Source: Spirochaetaceae bacterium
GTDB lineage: Bacteria > Spirochaetota > Spirochaetia > DSM-2461
NCBI GenBank assembly: GCA_051531975.1
Contig: JAOPTT010000002.1
Coordinates: 634,445 to 698,444 of the forward strand
Direction of reading: 5' to 3'
Length of the DNA stretch: 64,000 nt
The translations under genes were made by a program, and so were the position numbers. The notes below the pieces were generated by a model. That model had not been told where the DNA came from. It saw nothing but the letters and a program-made list of their open reading frames with translations, and did no database searches. Numbering within the stretch: position 1 is the stretch's first letter; every line of letters starts with the position of its first letter. Below, one piece after another: positions 60,524 to 64,000 of this stretch.

Positions 60524-60752
60524 TTTGATTAACAATATAATGTGTAAAAACTAGGGGATATGAAAGAAAAAAGCTCATATTAAAAATGTCACTTCAAGCA
60601 ATGATCTCGATAATAGTTCAGGCCCTGTACAATAATTCCATGTCTTATTTCTTTCTTTTCATTCTCCGGTGTAAGTGAAGTGGCATCGGTATATTGAATA
60701 AATAAATATTTTTTTGTATTAAGTTTAACAAGTACTGTAATCCCACTGTATG

Positions 60753-60786
60753 AAAAACTCCATCCTTTTAAATGTCAGAATGGAGT
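60753..60786 (-). terminator. Probable terminator
   Basis: Minus strand ACTCCATTCT...AGGATGGAGT followed by TTTT. Confidence 0.55.
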
Positions 60787-60811
60787 ATTGGATTATTCAA
60801 TTAGGAATATA

Positions 60812-62083
60812 TTATATTTCCATTCCAAAAATAATTTTTAATAAACTTCTAACTATTGGATTACTGGATACTCTGTTCCTGATATCCAGCATGGATATAT
60901 ATATTTTCCCCTTACCATACTCTTTTACCCCCAAAGCAATAGCACTACACCACTCTGCTGAATCATTAGTATTCCCACTTTCTAAAATGGGTCTAAAACC
61001 ATCTGAAACAAATGTTGAATAGATTATTGGTTTTATTCCATCATCTTTTGGATTGTACCAGAACCTGAAATCATCCTCATAAAACAGTTTTGAGAAATCT
61101 GAATCCTCATTTATTGAGACAAAATGTATAGGCATCATAGAGCTCCCTTTAACTTCAACGCTCTGTTTAGCTATTTCATACTCCCCATTTTCAAGGGATA
61201 GAAAAAGTAGTGTGGCACCCTGTCTTACACTTTCCAGAATACTCTCCTTATTAGAGGTAAAATCTGAATGTTTGTCTATAAGGATAAGATCCGGAATGGA
61301 GTTTTTTTGTTTTGTATCAAGATTAAAACCTTTAATTATCTCTTCCGACAGTTCATCTTCAAATGAAAAGGTTGTTATTTGCTTATCCATTTCAACTTTA
61401 GGAAACAGTTCTACAGATATAGTATCAGTTGATAAAGTTTTCTCCCCTGATAATAACCCAACATTAATTTTTATTGTCTGCCGCTCTTTTACCTCAGGTG
61501 CTATGAATTTTATTAATCCCTGATATTCTGAAGTACAGTCATTTATGTGAGTAGTTATAGAACCTAATGATATAAAACCGTTTTTATCTTCTGTTGAGTA
61601 GATAAGTTCAAGATCATCCTCCCTATTTGTATCATTACAAATCCATACCTCTGCTGTAATCTCATTGGATGAAAAGTATCTGGTTTTATCAGTACGAAGG
61701 TTTACCTTCAAGGGTTCTAAAGCGTCCCTATAGGCAAAGAAACCTTTTTTAGGAGTATTAAAAGCCTCTGGAGAAATAATTCTAAAATTATGAATACGGC
61801 CAGGTTCGACTTCACATACCCGACATTGAAAATTGCCTTTGAATATTCTTATTTCACCCCTAGGGTCGAACTCCGGCTGACTAGCACTAACATAAATATC
61901 AAAATGAGGAGCATCGGTGACAAATCTGATTTCACAGCCTATTGAGTCCATGGCCACAAACCGGGCACGCTCATTTAAACAATGTCTGATCTTTTCAGGC
62001 ACCCGCATAAGACAACTATCCCCAAGGCCTTCAATTTCCTCCACAGCTCCGACATTATGGAGTTCTGTGTTTTCAAAATTCAT
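60812..62083 (-). pseudogene. Probable in-frame deletion fusion: N-terminus of an SGNH/GDSL-esterase-associated protein joined to the C-terminal part of a GH2-like hydrolase
   Basis: First ~108 aa (ELHNV..RVPE.IR..LN..GCEIRFV) resemble esterase N-termini; from PKKGFFAYRDALEPLKVNLR onward the sequence resembles post-barrel GH2 domains; neither catalytic core is present. Confidence 0.55.
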
Positions 62084-62329
62084 CTGTTTCTCCGATTTAT
62101 ATTAATATTTTTAGTAGTGGTACATTACCCATCCTTTGTAAGTATGCATCTATTTTCTATCGGATTCATAGGGAACGAAAGGGGAAATTATTAACAAAGG
62201 GAGTTCATATTTGACAAGTAGAGGGAACCTTATGGGTGGAATTGGTTCCATTATTACTAATGGTTTCTTTTTTTGTTTTTGTTATGTTATAAGAGCATAT
62301 TTAAAAAATTATTAACCTATATATATCAT

Positions 62330-63214
62330 ATGATAAAAGACATTCATGACAGACAGTATAAAAAAGTATTTTCGACGCCCATTTTAGCTCAAAAGTTATT
62401 AACGTCATTTGTACATGAAAAATTCATTAAACATTTAGATTTTGATACTATGACCAGGAAAGATAAAAGTTATGTTACACCTAATATGAAAAAGTATGAG
62501 TCTGATATTGTTTATGAGATATATTTTAAAGACAGACCTGTTTATATCTATATACTAATGGAATTTCAGTCTACAGTAGATAAGAAAATGCCAATTAGGT
62601 TTCTTCGTTATATATTAGAACTTTATGAAGATAATGGAAAAAATAGTGAAACAGGACTATATCCTGCCATCTTTCCTCTTTTATTGTATAATGGTGAAGC
62701 TAAGTGGACTGCAAAACGGGATATTTCTGAGATCATTGATAGTACTATACCTGGTAAATATATTCCTAATTTTAAGTATTATCCTATTTTAATTAACGAG
62801 ATTGAAAAAAAGGATCTTTTAAATATACATAATGCTGTTTCGGCGATATTTTATATGGAAAATACTAATTCACGGGATTATCATAAAGCTATAGATGATT
62901 TAGTATTATTAATTAAAGGTTCCAGTGTATTGGAAGCAACAGTTTTTGCTAATTGGGTTAATAACTTTTTATTAAGCCAGGGTGATGAACTGACATATAA
63001 AGATTTTGATAAGATAAAAAAACCAGAGGAGGTTCTACCAATGATGGCTGCAAATATAGAAAGATATAGAGAAGAATTAATTAGTGAAGGTGTTAATAAA
63101 GAAAAAATTGAGATTGCAACTAATTTGTTAAAGGAAGGTTCAGAACTTGAATTTGTATCAAAAGTAACAGGGCTATCAATAAAAGCTCTTAAGTACATAA
63201 AAAAATCTACTTAA
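62330..63214 (+). CDS. Rpn family recombination-promoting nuclease / putative transposase (PD-(D/E)xK)
   Basis: HDRQYKKVF, ESDIVY, YILMEFQSTVDKKMPIRFLRY, PLLLYNG..W motifs; C-terminal IATNLLKEG..VSKVTGLS. Start set by alignment with the second copy. Confidence 0.9.
   Translation: MIKDIHDRQYKKVFSTPILAQKLLTSFVHEKFIKHLDFDTMTRKDKSYVTPNMKKYESDIVYEIYFKDRPVYIYILMEFQSTVDKKMPIRFLRYILELYEDNGKNSETGLYPAIFPLLLYNGEAKWTAKRDISEIIDSTIPGKYIPNFKYYPILINEIEKKDLLNIHNAVSAIFYMENTNSRDYHKAIDDLVLLIKGSSVLEATVFANWVNNFLLSQGDELTYKDFDKIKKPEEVLPMMAANIERYREELISEGVNKEKIEIATNLLKEGSELEFVSKVTGLSIKALKYIKKST
63041..63214 (+). CDS. Putative internally translated small Rpn C-terminal protein (RpnS-like antitoxin, 57 aa)
   Basis: GAGGAGG at 63026-63032, 8 nt before the in-frame ATGATG. 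Confidence 0.6.
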   Translation: MMAANIERYREELISEGVNKEKIEIATNLLKEGSELEFVSKVTGLSIKALKYIKKST

Positions 63215-63365
63215 ATTAAATAACTTCTTCTGTTTTATATCATTCATTGAAACTTAATTATTCTAAAGGTTGCTCTTATTTGAAAAGAGAGCAAAAGGTT
63301 TACTTTATTTAGTGTTTATTATGCTATAAAACATATTTAAAAAATTATTAACCTATATATATCAT

Positions 63366-63797
63366 ATGATAAAACATCATGACAGACAGTATAAAAAAGT
63401 ATTTTCGACACCCATTTTAGCTCAAAAGTTATTAACATCATTTGTACATGAAAAATTCATTAAACATTTAGATTTTGATACTATGACCAGGAAAGATAAA
63501 AGTTATGTTACACCTAATATGAAAAAGTATGAGTCTGATATTGTTTATGAGATATATTTTAAAGACAGACCAGTTTATATCTATATACTAATGGAATTTC
63601 AGTCTACAGTAGATAAGAAGATGCCAATTAGGTTTCTTCGTTATATATTGAAACAGGACTATATCCTGCCACCTTTCCTCTTTTATTGTATTATGGTGAA
63701 GCTAAGTGGACTGCAAAACGGGATATTTCTGAGATCATTGATAGTACTATACCTAGTAAAGATATTCCTAATTTTAAGTATTATCCTATTTTATTAA
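63366..63797 (+). pseudogene. Degenerate duplicate of the Rpn gene
   Basis: Near-identical to 62330-62795 including upstream sequence, but lacks the 31 bp equivalent to 62617-62647 (frameshift) and the whole 3' half. Confidence 0.88.
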
Positions 63798-63894
63798 GAA
63801 CATCAACACCGGCTTCTATCAGATGTCTTTATTAAAAAAATAATAATCTGAATCAAAAGGGACAAATTCTCTATATATAGACTAAGGAGTCTAT

Positions 63895-64000
63895 GTGGTA
63901 AGAGAACATGATAAACGTTTTAAGAAGTTATTTGAAAATCACCACTTGGTAGAACATTTACTTAGATCATTTGTGGGTCTTAAGTTTGTTGATGATCTAG
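63895..64000 (+). CDS. Third, divergent Rpn family gene (5' end; runs off the window)
   Basis: RBS AAGGAG at 63884-63889, GTG start, MVREHDKRFKKLFENHHLVEHLLRSFVGLKFVDDL, homologous to the N-terminus of the first Rpn. Confidence 0.78.
   Translation, partial: MVREHDKRFKKLFENHHLVEHLLRSFVGLKFVDDL

Noticed and set aside
60586..60750. Open minus-strand frame between the fusion gene and mazE
   Set aside because: No convincing start or recognisable similarity.
2418..63198. Short ORF-track entries overlapping or antisense to well-supported genes (e.g. 4096-4335, 44153-44662, 47446-47838, 55466-55891, 58511-58921, 62881-63198)
   Set aside because: Shadow frames of real genes with no recognisable motifs.
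62330..63214. Rpn gene as an IS-element transposase
   Set aside because: No terminal inverted repeats or target-site duplications seen; the family is better understood as nucleases or defence toxins.

Overview
AT-rich bacterial chromosomal region, probably from a free-living Spirochaetota member. This is an inference from the 'AGGQ/ASGQ'-type solute-binding-protein N-termini, the methyl-accepting chemotaxis protein and the Rpn paralogues. Carbohydrate-utilisation loci dominate the window: (i) a sulfated-glycan locus with three Cys-type sulfatases, GH43, GH2, an ABC transporter and two AraC regulators; (ii) an L-rhamnose operon; (iii) a beta-glucuronidase/GH88 locus; (iv) a DeoR-linked cluster with lipB, a HAD hydrolase, a SorE-like reductase, an SrlD-like SDR, a PHP protein, fused E1/E3/E2 dehydrogenase subunits, tkt and lipA; and (v) an ABC/DUF5107 locus. 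Accessory elements are hicAB (hicA frameshifted), mazEF, a truncated AAA ATPase, a probable deletion-fusion gene and a tandem Rpn nuclease array. The most notable observations are a candidate ~440-nt non-coding RNA built from GUUAG repeats with its own promoter and terminator (18.6-19.07 kb), a shared 28-bp operator uniting a lipoate/ThDP-dependent sugar catabolic regulon of unknown substrate, an orphan REC-metallo-beta-lactamase-2x cNMP signalling protein, and an internal ribosome-binding site in the Rpn gene consistent with an intragenic antitoxin. All calls come from manual reading and motif recognition; no database searches were run.
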